Below are positions 52,100-64,000 of a stretch of DNA of 64,000 bases, piece after piece. The stretch is from Geosiphon pyriformis uo1 (lineage: Eukaryota > Fungi > Glomeromycota), in NCBI GenBank assembly GCA_016748015.1, contig JAAOMT010000139.1:62001-126000 (forward strand), read 5' to 3'. Each line of letters starts with the position of its first letter. Positions within the stretch are counted from its first letter, which is position 1. Below the pieces are notes generated by a model. That model had not been told where the DNA came from. It did no database searches and was given only the letters and a program-made list of their open reading frames with translations. The position numbers were made by a program, and so were the translations under genes.

Positions 52100-55000
52100 G
52101 TTCTCCCACAGTAACAACACAGCAAAAACAACTTCAAAGTGGTGACCACACCAGACGCAACAACTCTAGAGTATTACCAGTCAATTTACACTTACTGCAA
52201 GTAAAGATTCAACATTTCAGACAGAATTGAAGTTGTCAAGAAATCAGTATACCAATATATTGAAAACCGCATCAACAATTATCTTTTTGGAAATTACAAT
52301 ATCTCAGAAGTTAGAAGCAACCTTTACAATAATTTAGCACACTATTCACAATTGGGAACTGAAGACCTTAACAGTAAAACACTTGCCACTTACTTTTACG
52401 AACTTAATTTTAACATTATCAAATACTGTGAAGAAATATATCCAGTGCAGTTTCAATACATTATTGATTTTGAATCAGAAACAGAAACAAGCAACAAAGG
52501 CAAAAACAAATTGAAGCAATACTTAAGAACCACCCCAAATACTCCAACACTACTGAAAACAACTGCCAAATATTTACAAACACCTGAACAAGGAACCAGT
52601 TCAAAATTTCCACTTACTAACACACTTTTTCCAGCTTTACTTGCACAAGCACAAACACCTAATTCACCCTTGAATTGATTTGCAAGACCAGAAGATTTTA
52701 TATCACTCAGAAGTCTCACCAAACAACAAGAACCCCTGCAAATTAATTCCAATCTTCTTGATTTTCTAGCTGAAAATCAAAGTGAACACTCTGAGACAGC
52801 AGCAAACAAAGAAAACGACTCTGAAATAACTAAAAAAGAATCAATAAACAGTGAAAACAAAGAAGACAAAATGACAACATACATTGCAAAAATTCCTGAA
52901 TTCAATGGAGAAGATATTGAGACCAGTTCCCAAGAATGGCTTGACCAAGTTACTAAAGCTGGAAATGCAAATGGATGGAATGCTGCCAGAATGTTAAGAA
53001 CAATTCTCTACTTTCTCAAAAGAACAGCAGGAGAATGGTTTGAAAACTTGGCTGCCCCATTCAATGATTGGAACACTTTCAAAGCAGTCTTTCTTGAACA
53101 GTTCACCGACAATAATACCTCTATCACCCTTCGCAATCATTTTCGAAATATCAAACAAGAACCCTCTGAATCTGTTATAACTTATATTAGGAAATTCAAC
53201 AAACTTCTCAGATGAATTCGTCAACTCGAAACAAATAATTATTATTTCGATGCTCAAATCTTGGATCAATTTATTGCTGGTTTAAAAGATAAACTAATTA
53301 AAAAGGTTTGCCTACATGTGCCAGAAGATTTAAACTCTGCCATACAGCATGCAAAAAGATATGAAATGGCCATGGAAGAGGCCAATCGCACAAAACTTGT
53401 AAATTTGACAATTAGAGAAACCAGCTTAGCAGCTGAGAAAAAAATTGACCAATTCACAAAGAAAGTTGAAAACTATTTCACCAATTAACAACAACAGCAA
53501 CCTCAAAGATATCAACCACCCCAAAGATGAAATCAAAATAATTTTGCACCACTTTCCAATAACCAGTCTCAGAATTGCCATTACTGTGAAATCTCTGGCC
53601 ACTGGAAAAGAGATTGCAGAAAGCTACAATGAGACCAACAAAATAGGAGTAATCAATGTTATCCTTCACCACAGCAATCTTATTATCAACCACCACCACC
53701 AGCTTACTATCTACCAAGACTCCAATACCAAAATAACTATTATCAGCCTGCCCCACAGCCAATCTAACAGCAATACCAACAACTACTTACACAACATTAT
53801 CAAGTACCTGCTTGAAAACTGATTACACAAAATCAATTCACACCACAAAACTGATACCAAGTAAACAACAATAGAATCAGTTCAAACAACCAATTGGTTC
53901 CCCAAAATTCCACTCAACCAAGATCCAACCACTACTACATTCAACCCAGTTATTTAACAATGCCAGAAGAACAAGATTTTTACCATACTGCACCCTTGGA
54001 AGGTAAAGCTGCAGCACAATAACAAAACTCTTCCTATACTCTTACTACAATCCCACCAGCCAGAATTGCTAAAAACGCTAACCTTTTAGATATATTCCCT
54101 TTTGAGTTCAAAGCAAATGAGTCACCATTCCTGCTTAGCAATGCAGCCGCCAATGAACAAAAAGCAATCATGGCTATGTATACTAAAGCAGAAGTCGAAA
54201 GAAAGACAATTTGCTTGATCCTAAACAGTGGATCCGCCAGAAGCATTATCACAAACCAGTTAATACAACAGTTGAAGAAAAATGTTGACCGACCAGCTCA
54301 AACAGTAATTGTCACTGCCAATAGCATGAAAAAGACCCCAGTAGGAGAAATTGACAATTTTCCATTTACTCTTAATGGAATCACCATTCCAGTCAAAGTT
54401 TTTGTAATGGATGCATCCCAGTACTAAGCTCTCATCAGAAATGATTGGCTTCAAAAAGCCAATGCTAATTTGAATTGGGAAACACAAAAGTTAACAATCT
54501 CCTACCAAGGACAATATGCCTGGGTACCTGCCACTTGTGGTACATTCAACAAATGCTCTGAAAAAGCCCCAGCTTTTGAATTTAAACTGGAAGAGGAAAA
54601 ACCCCTCATTGAAACATTCATGGCTTTTGGATCAATGTCTAACTGGGCCAATGAAACAGAACAAAAACATTTTACCCCACACTCTGAACCCGAAACCTCT
54701 GGATGGAATATCTCTTACTCAAAACCCGAACCAAGGAAACAACACCCCTATATTCCCCTTAAATGTAAGGACTATCACAAGAAACTATCATCAATGGGAG
54801 CCTGTATTTCACCTGAAGAAAAATATGAAAATCATACTTGTTATTACTGCAAGGCTTGCCACAGAGAACGATGGGACCATCTAATAAAAAAGAACAGAAA
54901 ATAGGACAATACTCCTTGTTTGACTTGTGGAGATATGCTACCAGAAAAATGCAATTGGATTGATGTAGCCATGAGAGGAGGAGTCTGTGATCAGACCTGC

Positions 55001-58000
55001 CAATATGCTTTATCAATTTCAGAAAAAGTAAAAAGAGGAACACCCTTTAATGTGGCATACAACAGTGCTCTTAACAAACTTTATTACTACCCCCATGATG
55101 CTGAGATGATTTTTGACCTAGTAATAGCATTAATTAATGGAGCTACCAAAGAAGATGTTTATCAAATAAAGGAAGCAGAATACATTGAATACATCATGGA
55201 ATTAGCTGGATTCAATTACAAAGATGAAGTAGAAGTCTACCACCAAATTGCAAGTTACACCTACCCAACTCAAGAAGCTCAAATTTAATGATTAGAGCAA
55301 ATGAACATTAAACTATGTAAAGAATGCATTATGCCTTGCGATAAACAGTAGTGTCCTGAATGCTACGCTCTTAGTATCCTCTTGCCCAGCAAAAATGATG
55401 AGAACAAAATTGAATTTGGAGAATCTAAAGCAATGGAAGAAATTGAAACAACACCTATCTACCTTATCAAAAATCAGTCTGCCTTACAACTTAAATACTT
55501 TAACAACAATGGACAAGAAATAAAACCCAAAAAAGCACACGAAATTGATGCTAGATATGACCTAAGATATCCAGACAAGGTTACTTTTGTTCTCAAACCC
55601 AAATCTCTTACAAAAATCAACCTCAAAATTGCACTTGAAATCCCACCAGAAGCAATGGTTCAAATCATCTCCTGGTTCTCTCTGGCAAGCAAAGGAATTA
55701 ATATCAGAAGAGGAATAATTGATGCTGGATATACTGGAGACATTACAGTAATGCTTTAAAATAAAACTAACAAACCATTCAAGATTGAACATGCTGAAAA
55801 AATTGCCCAAGCTATTTACTTACTCTTAATCAACATTTTGGGTTTGCAAGTAGTTAATCAAAGAGAACAATTAGGAAAAAGTGATAGAGAAATCCAAGGT
55901 TTTGGTTCAACTGGATGATTCACAGTTCCAGTTAATATAACTCTTAACACACAGAACAAATCCCACCAGATTTTCAGACTTTCACAACTAATTACCATCT
56001 CACCTTTTGGAAAACATCCGGAAATCTATACCTGTCCAAAGCCAACAACCAAACAACAAATTTTTGAGTCTAATGAACAAGTCTGCTTGGAACATAATAT
56101 TTTGATCCCAAATATTTATATTCCAGAAGGAACAAAGAAAGTCCAAGTTACTTTTTACAACTCCAATAATTACCCCATAATTTTATTAAATAATTTAGAA
56201 ATTGGAGTTATTCACAGTAATATATTTCAACAAGAATTACCACAAACAGTCCCTGATTTCTCTGAAATTATTAGACATTTACTACCAAAAATCAACCCAA
56301 ACCCCAGCTCCGAAAACTACCATGTTGTCATGGAAAAACTATCTTGAATCAACATGGAACAACTTGAACCACAACAACAGACCCAGCTCAAAGAGCTAAT
56401 TGTAGAATTTGCCGATATCTTCACTGAAAACAACAATGACTTAAGAAGAACCAATTTGGTCCAACACCAAATTTATACAGGAAATGCCAAACCAAGAAGA
56501 CAACAAGCATATCGAGTTGCTCCAGAAAGCCACCAATTCATCCGAGAAGAAGTACAACAAATGCTTAACAATAGGCTCATTCAACCCTCTATGAGTCCTT
56601 GGGCTTCACCTGTAGTGCTAGTTAAAAAGAAAAATGGAAAGATCCGATTTTGTGTTGACTATCAACAATTCAACAGTATTACAATTAGAGATGCCTATCC
56701 CCTTCCTCAGATTAATGACATGTTAGATGCTCTTGGAAAATCCAAATACTTTTCAACACTAGATTTAGAAAGCGGTTACTGGCAAGTTGCTATGGATCCC
56801 AAAGATTACCCCAAAACAGCATTCACTACCCAAGGCAGAAATTATGAGTTCAATGTAATGCCTTTCGGATTATGCAATGCACCAGCAATGTTTCAGAGAT
56901 TAATGGATGTTGTGTACCAAAAACTTCTTTAAAAGTCAGTAGTCGTTTATCTTGACAATACTGATGTTTATTTTCCATCATTCGAATTATACTTAAAACA
57001 CCTGTGAGAAGTTTTTCAACGATTATGAAAAGCAGAACTAAAACTCAATATCGAAAAATGCTACTTTGGAAAAACAAGCCTGGCCTTCCTTGGTTATATC
57101 ATTAGTAAAGATGGAATCAAACCAGACCCTGAAAAAATTAGTGTTGTCAAAAACTTCAAAACTTCTTAAAACACTACAGAACTAAGAGGATTCATAGAAT
57201 TAGCATCCTACTATCAAAAGTTTATTAAAGAATTTTCGGAAATTGCAAAACCCTTCAACCAGCTCACCACCAAAAACGTTGAATACAAATGGACTACCGA
57301 ACACCAAAAAGCTTTTGAAATTCTCAAGGAAAAACTAACAACAGCTCCAATTCTTACCTATCTGGATTTCAGCAACTAATTTCAACTAACTACAGATGCT
57401 TTGTATACTGCCTTTGGTGCCATCTTATCACAACTAGATGACAATGGAAATGAGCGAGTAATTGCTTATGCTAGCAGAACATTAAAACCAGTTGAGAAAA
57501 ACTATTCTGCCACAGAACTAGAAACAGCAGCCATAATTTGGGCCCTATACCATTTCAACTTTTATCTTAGGCCTAAAGAATTCGATATTATCACTGATAA
57601 TATTGGACTCAAATGGCTTCAGAACAAAAATACTCAGCTGAATACAAAACAAACCTGATGGACAGGATTTCTAGCAAACTATCGATACATAGTACATCAC
57701 AAACCAGGAAAACTCCACACCAATGTTGACTGTTTCTCCAGAATGAGACAAGATTAGAAAAACACAAAAACCAACACTCAACTTAACCAACCAAAAGAGC
57801 CAACAACCAATGAATTTGGAAAACTACAACGATCTCAAACAATATTTGGAAACATTAACAATCCCAACAGATTGGTCTCCAAATGAAAAACATCGACTAC
57901 AACAACAAGCCAAACAATATTTTCTACACAACAACATTATTTATTATCGAAATTTCAAAAACCCAGACAAACCACTCAGATTAATACAAGAACAAGAAAA

Positions 58001-59221
58001 AGAGACTATATTATACAACATGCACTCAGATCCTTCATCAGCCCACTTCGGAAAAGACAGCACCACTCAAAGAACACTAGAATACTACTTTTGGCCTCGA
58101 ATGAAAAAAGACATTCACGAATATGTCGAATCTTGTGATAGTTGTCAAAGAAGAGGAGGAACTCGCCCTACAGAATCTTTAAACCCAATCAAAGTTGGAC
58201 AGCCTTTTAACAGAGTTGGTATCAATTTAGTCAGACCACTACCTATCACAAACCAAGGAAACCATTATATTGCAGTAGTTGTAGACTATCTCACCAAATG
58301 GCCTAAAGCCAGAGCCATTCAATGGGCAGATGCAAAATCAGTAGCAAACTTTATCTATGAAGACATTATTTGTAGACATAGATGCCCAATAGAACTTTTA
58401 TCTGATTAAGGAACACATTTTGTGAACAATTTAATCCAGAAAATTTGTGAACGATTTAATATCAAGAGACTATTATCTTCACCCTATCATCCACAAACAA
58501 ATGGACTTATAGAATGGTTTAACAGAATATTGTGTAAATCATTAGCCAAAGTTTCAACTGATTTTGAGCAAGAATGGGATCTCTTTATTCCATCAGTGTT
58601 ACTAGCATATAGGACACTAAAACAAGATACCACAAAACACACACTATTTGATTTAACTTATGGAAGGATGGCAATGTTACCAATTAGTTTCACAGTGGAA
58701 ACATACCCAGCACAATCAATCGATAAAAACAATTTTCAAGAAATGCTTCAGCAAAAAGCCTACACTCTGCTTAGCACATTAGAAGGAAAACAATGAATAG
58801 CAGCCACCCATATTGAACACTCCCAAGCTCAACAAAAAGAATGGCATGATGACAAATTGCCTCCAGTTACCAATGAATTTAAAATTGGAAACAAAGTTCT
58901 CTTACACAGAACTAAAGCTGAAAAACAATGGAGTAGAAAATTTGAAAATAAATGAGATGGACCATTCTTTATTCATGAAGTTTTAGGCAATGGATCATAC
59001 AAGCTAAGACTTGATGACAAAATTTTAGTAAAAGTTGCACATGGAGATCGTTTGAAACACTATAATTCCAGAAACAATCCTGAACCATTAATTCCACAAA
59101 TTGGTACACATTTCCCTTTAATCAATCCCAAAGACATTCCCCTTTAATCAATTCCAAAGACATTCCCCAAAATTTAGAACCAATAGTTGTCATTGAACAG
59201 CCTCCCAACTTGAATACTTAA
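52100..59221 (+). pseudogene. Element D gag-pol polyprotein
   Basis: Colinear fragments: N-terminal extension, capsid 52871-53480, CCHC ~53576, protease ~54215, Cys-rich 54760-55375, dUTPase 55525-55915, RT 56480-57230, RNase H 57380-57755, integrase 57810-59220. Confidence 0.94.
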
Positions 59222-59342
59222 TTTAAATTTATTATTATAGTTATCTTCTTATAATTTAGAAACAATCTTACAAAAACAAAACAAAAATAACATAAAAACT
59301 CATATATCAAAAATAATTTTCTTTTATTTCAAATTGCTTATA

Positions 59343-60062
59343 ATGACTATTCCTTAAAACATTCAACAATTATCCCAAAAACTAATGTTAGCTTTAAAAA
59401 CAATACCTGAATTATCCATTACTGTTACTGAAAACCACATTAATTATATCCAAACAGAAGTAGTTACAAATTTAGCCCCAAATTTATGAAAATATCACCC
59501 GTATAAGAAGAACACAAGAAGCTATACTGGAATTCACTTGCCAGAACTTTTAAAGCTTGCTTTAAGAGAAAACCTAATGCTCACTCCAATTAGTATTCCA
59601 CCAAATACTACAATTCAACAAAGACTTCAACTGTGTCTCAATGAGGAAAACACTGAATATCCTCCAATCTATAGATATTTTCACATTGGAAAAACACTCT
59701 ACGAATGGAAACTGGAACTTACAACAGCAAACTTCACAAAAAAAGCTATTCAGAAACAACTCCACAACGAATTCAAGACAACAGCTGGATCAACAAACAG
59801 TCGCTACAGGCTCAGAGCTGCTTTTAGACTTTATAATCTATTCCACACCTGTAAAAACATACTACAAAACCCAATTTTTCAATCTTTAAAGATTCAATAC
59901 ATTGGAAAGCTCACAAAACTGAAATTTCAACAATTTTCAGACCAAATTTCTTTAATAATTTTGGATTATTATCTGGAAATAACAAACAGTACTTGGACTT
60001 TGATGGAGCTCGATCTTGAGGAGGAGGTTATGTTACCAGATAAAATTAGAGATATTATTTAG
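59343..60062 (+). pseudogene. Element D ORF3 (~239 aa)
   Basis: ATG 59343 is in frame with ORF 59538-60062, with two C>T-type stops between them; ends inside the 3' LTR. Confidence 0.87.
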
Positions 60063-61014
60063 CATAAAATTATTTTATAATTCCTATCATTAATTAGCAT
60101 ATATTATCGTTTCAAATTATCACTTATTACATTAGCAAAAATGTCCGAAATTATCATTTAATTAATAATCCAAATTGTACATAACACAAATGTAACCTAA
60201 TTGCAATGATCAATCATGCAATACCCTGAACTATGTAACATTCAAAAGTTTGCCGAAATTTGTAGAAATTCACTGAAATAATTGATAGTTCACTGAAATA
60301 TCTAATAGTTTGCAGAAATAACTTGTAGTTCACCAAAATGTATCTTTAGTTCAGCGAAATTATAGAAAATAGCAAAGTTCAAATTCATAGAATAGTGTTA
60401 TAACAAGTTGTATAAAAGAAGAGCTTTTTTCTTTGAGAAAATGTATCTTACTTTAGATTTATCACTTAGAACCACTCCTACACACACAAAAAAAAATAAA
60501 TATAAAATAATTCGAAAAACCAAAAACTTTTTAATTATTACACTTAGAAAATTCTCAAAACTCAACTAACGTTTTGAAATTGATTAGCTACCAATTTCAA
60601 TAAACTGTTAATGACTTCAGGCCTGGATTGAAAATGTCTCCCTTGACAGAATTCTATTTCTTTTACATTTTTTTTATTTTTTTTTTATTTTCTTACTATA
60701 ATCATTAGGGTAGCCTACAGACAAAATTCCTGTAGAAGAGTTGACTTTCACAGCAAAGTAACTACACATTTTTTTTAGTGAGCTTCCAGACAAGTATTTT
60801 CTGGGAAAGAGTTGACGTTTACTACAATGTAACTACATAAAGCAACTGATACAGAATTGGTTATTCCACTTATAAGCCCAGCAGTTCAAATTATAGGAGA
60901 TAATTTGAAGATAAATTCAGTTATTGGAGGTTCAACCACATTCAGAAAACGTGAATTCACAGCAAACAAGTATCAACAACATTTAAAAAAAGAGACCAAA
61001 AACCTCCAGTAACA
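60031..61014 (+). repeat. 3' LTR of element D (984 bp)
   Basis: TGTTACC...GTAACA directly after the PPT. Confidence 0.95.
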
Positions 61015-64000
61015 TCACCATTAAAACCCATATGTAAAGACTTTACAATTTTTAAAACCAAAATTTTCAACTTATGAAATCTGGAAAAATTCTTTGTAAA
61101 AACACCATCAAAGTTCTTAAACCAACTTTTCTTAAAAATTTTATTGACTAAAAGACATACTGTCTTACAAACAGTATTCTACATTGTATTTAGATTCAAA
61201 AACCTCTTGAATATAACAAACTTATTAAAGAACAACACCACATTAGCTGCTATAGCATCTTTGAATTTATTCTATTTTACTTTATTAGCATCTTTAATAT
61301 TAAACTTTCAATGATTCTTATTTATTTGCTTGTACAGAAGGTTTAGCTGTACATCTAACAAGTTACTCAAATCTACAAAAATAGAAACAGCCTGATGATT
61401 AGTGTTAAAATAATCTTTAATATTTATAATATCATAATCTATTACTGTATTAATTAAGTTTGAAGAAATAAATACATAGTCAATTGTTTTCTTAATACCT
61501 CTAAAATTTTTTCAAGTTGATGTTTTTGCAGCTGAACTCCCAACCAATGAATTAACCAGCTCTAAGCTAAGACATTTTTTAAAATTAACACATTTGTAGA
61601 AACTATCTTTATTAAAATCACTACTTAAAATAATGAAAAAAGACTCATTTACAGTTTTTGAAATTAAAGAATTGACTTTATCAGCCTAAAATAAATGCAC
61701 AGCCAGTATTATATCAGCATATAGCCACAGAATTAAAACAAAAAATCTATTTTTAAAAAGCAATCTAACAGAAAAAAGATGACCAAGAACTTTAGAAACC
61801 CTATATACATGTTATATTAAGACAATATTTATAATAATTGCAACATCAGAACCCAAGTAACCAAAGTCTAAACCAGAAACAAAAAAACAAATACCATTAA
61901 ACTTATTAGCAATTCACAAGTAGATCTTTTTTTTTAATTTTGTTTTAGTAATAATTGAAATTAAATTGTTCATATTTTTGTGTTAACAAATAATATCTTC
62001 TTGTTTTACAGGATTGTTCATATTCCTAATATTACATGTGGCAACTTTTTATATTTAATCAGTCATTAATGAGAAAAAATATTTAAATTTAAACTTTTAT
62101 TGTCCAATTTGATTAACAATTCCAAAACCATATCTGATAAATTATTCAATTTCTTCCCAAACTTCTTAATAATTAATTAATTCAAAGATATTATTCTTGT
62201 TACAGTTTTATTACAAATGACCACACCTGAATCTTTATTTATTACTATATTTGTCTTTTGATTCTGTGATAAAAGAATTATTAATGGTTAATATTCAGAA
62301 TTAGACTAAGAAATTATTGGCTTGAATGCATTCAACCTCTTAGCCAGTTCACTAACTTGCTCTATAAAGCTGACAAAACTATACTCAAAAGTGGCAAATC
62401 TGTTATTTATATCCAAAAAAACCAGTAGAAAAGATTTTGTATTCAAAAATGAACCAACATCAAAAGAAACTACAGGCTTTACATAAAAAGAGAAACCACT
62501 AACAACTTAAGCCCAAGTTTTATCTTTAAACAAAACTGGACAAGTAATTGGTATTTGTTTCTTTTTATATATACTTACCAGACAATTTTGATCCTGAGAA
62601 CTAATTATCTGCTTACTGTAATCACCAAAATTCTTATTTACTAAACATATACCAAAAACATAATCAAATTGTTTATATTAAGCATAACAGATTAAAAAAA
62701 GACCAGTCCAATGCAGAATTACATCTTTAAAAACTGAAACAGAACCAATAACAGTTTTTTTAAATGTTTTATCTCGAAAATAAATTACAGTACACTTATC
62801 ATGCACATATAAACTTGGATTATGGCCAATAAAACAAGTTTTTTTATTATAAAATTCCATCAAATTAGAAAGATTATAGACTGTGGTACCAACTGGCAAA
62901 ATATATAATAAAGTTCAATACTAATCTCTTAATATCCATAATTGTTTATTATAGCCAATACTATTCATACAGAATCCTTACTTATAAGAACTAATTACTT
63001 GAATATAATCAAACTAACAACTTCAAATAACTTAAACTCAACTAAAGTTTTTTGTTAAAAACCAATCAGTTATATTTTAATTAAAACTACTTTATCAAAT
63101 TTGGAAAAAACTGATTCCACAGCCAATTTAAGAAGATTGACTGGAATTTTTTTGACAATAATTTTCCAATTTATACAGTTGTTTGTTTTCTTAATATTAA
63201 TATTAACAAGAATTTTCTTATTGATAGCCAATTCTTTAGTTTTTTGCAAATTTAAATCCAAAGTAAAAAAAGACCTAATTATCTTTAAAAATTTTGAAAA
63301 AGTAGAAGCTCTTCCAAAACCATCAATTTGATAGAAAATTTTTTTAATTGCAATTAATTTATTATCATTAGTTTTGTCTAGTACAGTAGATAGTTCAATA
63401 TTTAATATGAAAAATTTAACTAGCTTAAAATTGCACCTATTTAAAACATGTAACTTAACTGTTAACAAATGCTTAACACCAAAAAACTTAGGAACTGAAA
63501 GTGTTAAAATATCATCATTATTATTGCTTAAATTATTGAAAAATTTTTTTTTTGGTTAGCTACTTAAAACATATGTTCTGATATGTGTTTTTTTAGATGT
63601 GATATTGATTATTATATTATTAACTTCTGAAGCATTTAAATCTATATAGCTGGTTTCTTTTACAACTGTATTTTTCATGTTCTTTAAGTCTGATATATCA
63701 CTGATATGGCTTGTTTTGCTATTTATTTTACTGTCTTAAGATCTCATAGGCTTGTTATCATTAGTAATTATATCTGTAAAATTTAAAAGATCAGTAGACA
63801 TCTCAATCATATTGTCAACAATAGTAGGTTTCTTGGATTTTTTATAAGAAACACTACATGAGTAAATACTTATTAAACATTTGGTTTTGACATTAAACTA
63901 AGTCTTTAATCTAACTAAACTAAATACCAACCCATTAGCAAAAAAATTTACTGATTTTATAATCATAAATAAAAATATGTTAGAAGAAATAACTATGAAA
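61015..64000 (-). mobile_element. LINE-2 5' portion: ORF1 (~63966-62070) and ORF2 APE endonuclease (from ~62066)
   Basis: VATCNIRNMNNPVKQEDII endonuclease start; ORF1 fragments 63070-63468 and 62678-62899; frame rejoins 51133 (FNGE|FNYLISC) after D is removed. Confidence 0.88.

Larger units (their letters stand above)
51138..61014 (+). mobile_element. Full-length Ty3/Gypsy LTR retrotransposon D (least damaged copy)
   Basis: LTRs 51138-52093 and 60031-61014; PBS TGGTGTTCTCCCACAG (52096); PPT GAGGAGGAGGTTA; TSD TTGC/TCAC; RT SPWASPVVLVKKKNGKIRFCVDY..MPFGLCNAP; integrase H..H..CDSC. Confidence 0.97.

Noticed and set aside
58880-59220. Chromodomain at the integrase C-terminus
   Set aside because: Only the SH3-like [W]DGPF.I.EVLGNGSYKL region and a short EP.I tail are present; no Y.V..I...YLVKW motif.
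59538-60062. ORF3 as a retroviral env
   Set aside because: Short, with no signal peptide, transmembrane helix or evident fusion-protein features.

Overview
Eukaryotic, almost certainly fungal, heterochromatic DNA. The AT-rich composition, Sel1 repeats and element families suggest Glomeromycotina, possibly Geosiphon-like; this is an inference. The only host gene is the last two exons of an electron-transfer flavoprotein alpha subunit (38-310). The rest is a nested set of dead transposons. LINE-1 (+, ~6.7 kb when rejoined; APE-RT-RNaseH) is split by three full-length Ty3/Gypsy elements: A (-) 4421-14233, B (+) 14786-26981 and C (+) 30712-40793. It is followed by an ORF1-only, HAL1-like element (~42.25-44.58 kb), then the 5' part of a third LINE interrupted by a truncated B-family Gypsy (E). 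LINE-2 (-) is split by a fourth full-length Gypsy, D (+) 51138-61014. All full-length Gypsy copies share an unusual architecture: N-terminal extension, capsid, CCHC knuckle, Q/P/Y-rich linker, protease, Cys-rich domain, dUTPase, RT, RNase H, integrase, and a conserved ~240-aa 3' ORF that reads through the PPT into the LTR. The integrase of B contains a pogo-type DNA transposon (22624-24674) in which most of the transposase is missing and a Sel1-like repeat array plus a 51-bp tandem array sit in its place. All elements carry dense C>T/G>A damage resembling RIP or methylation-driven mutation. A 20-N gap with a duplicated flank at 39.4-39.9 kb is an assembly artefact.
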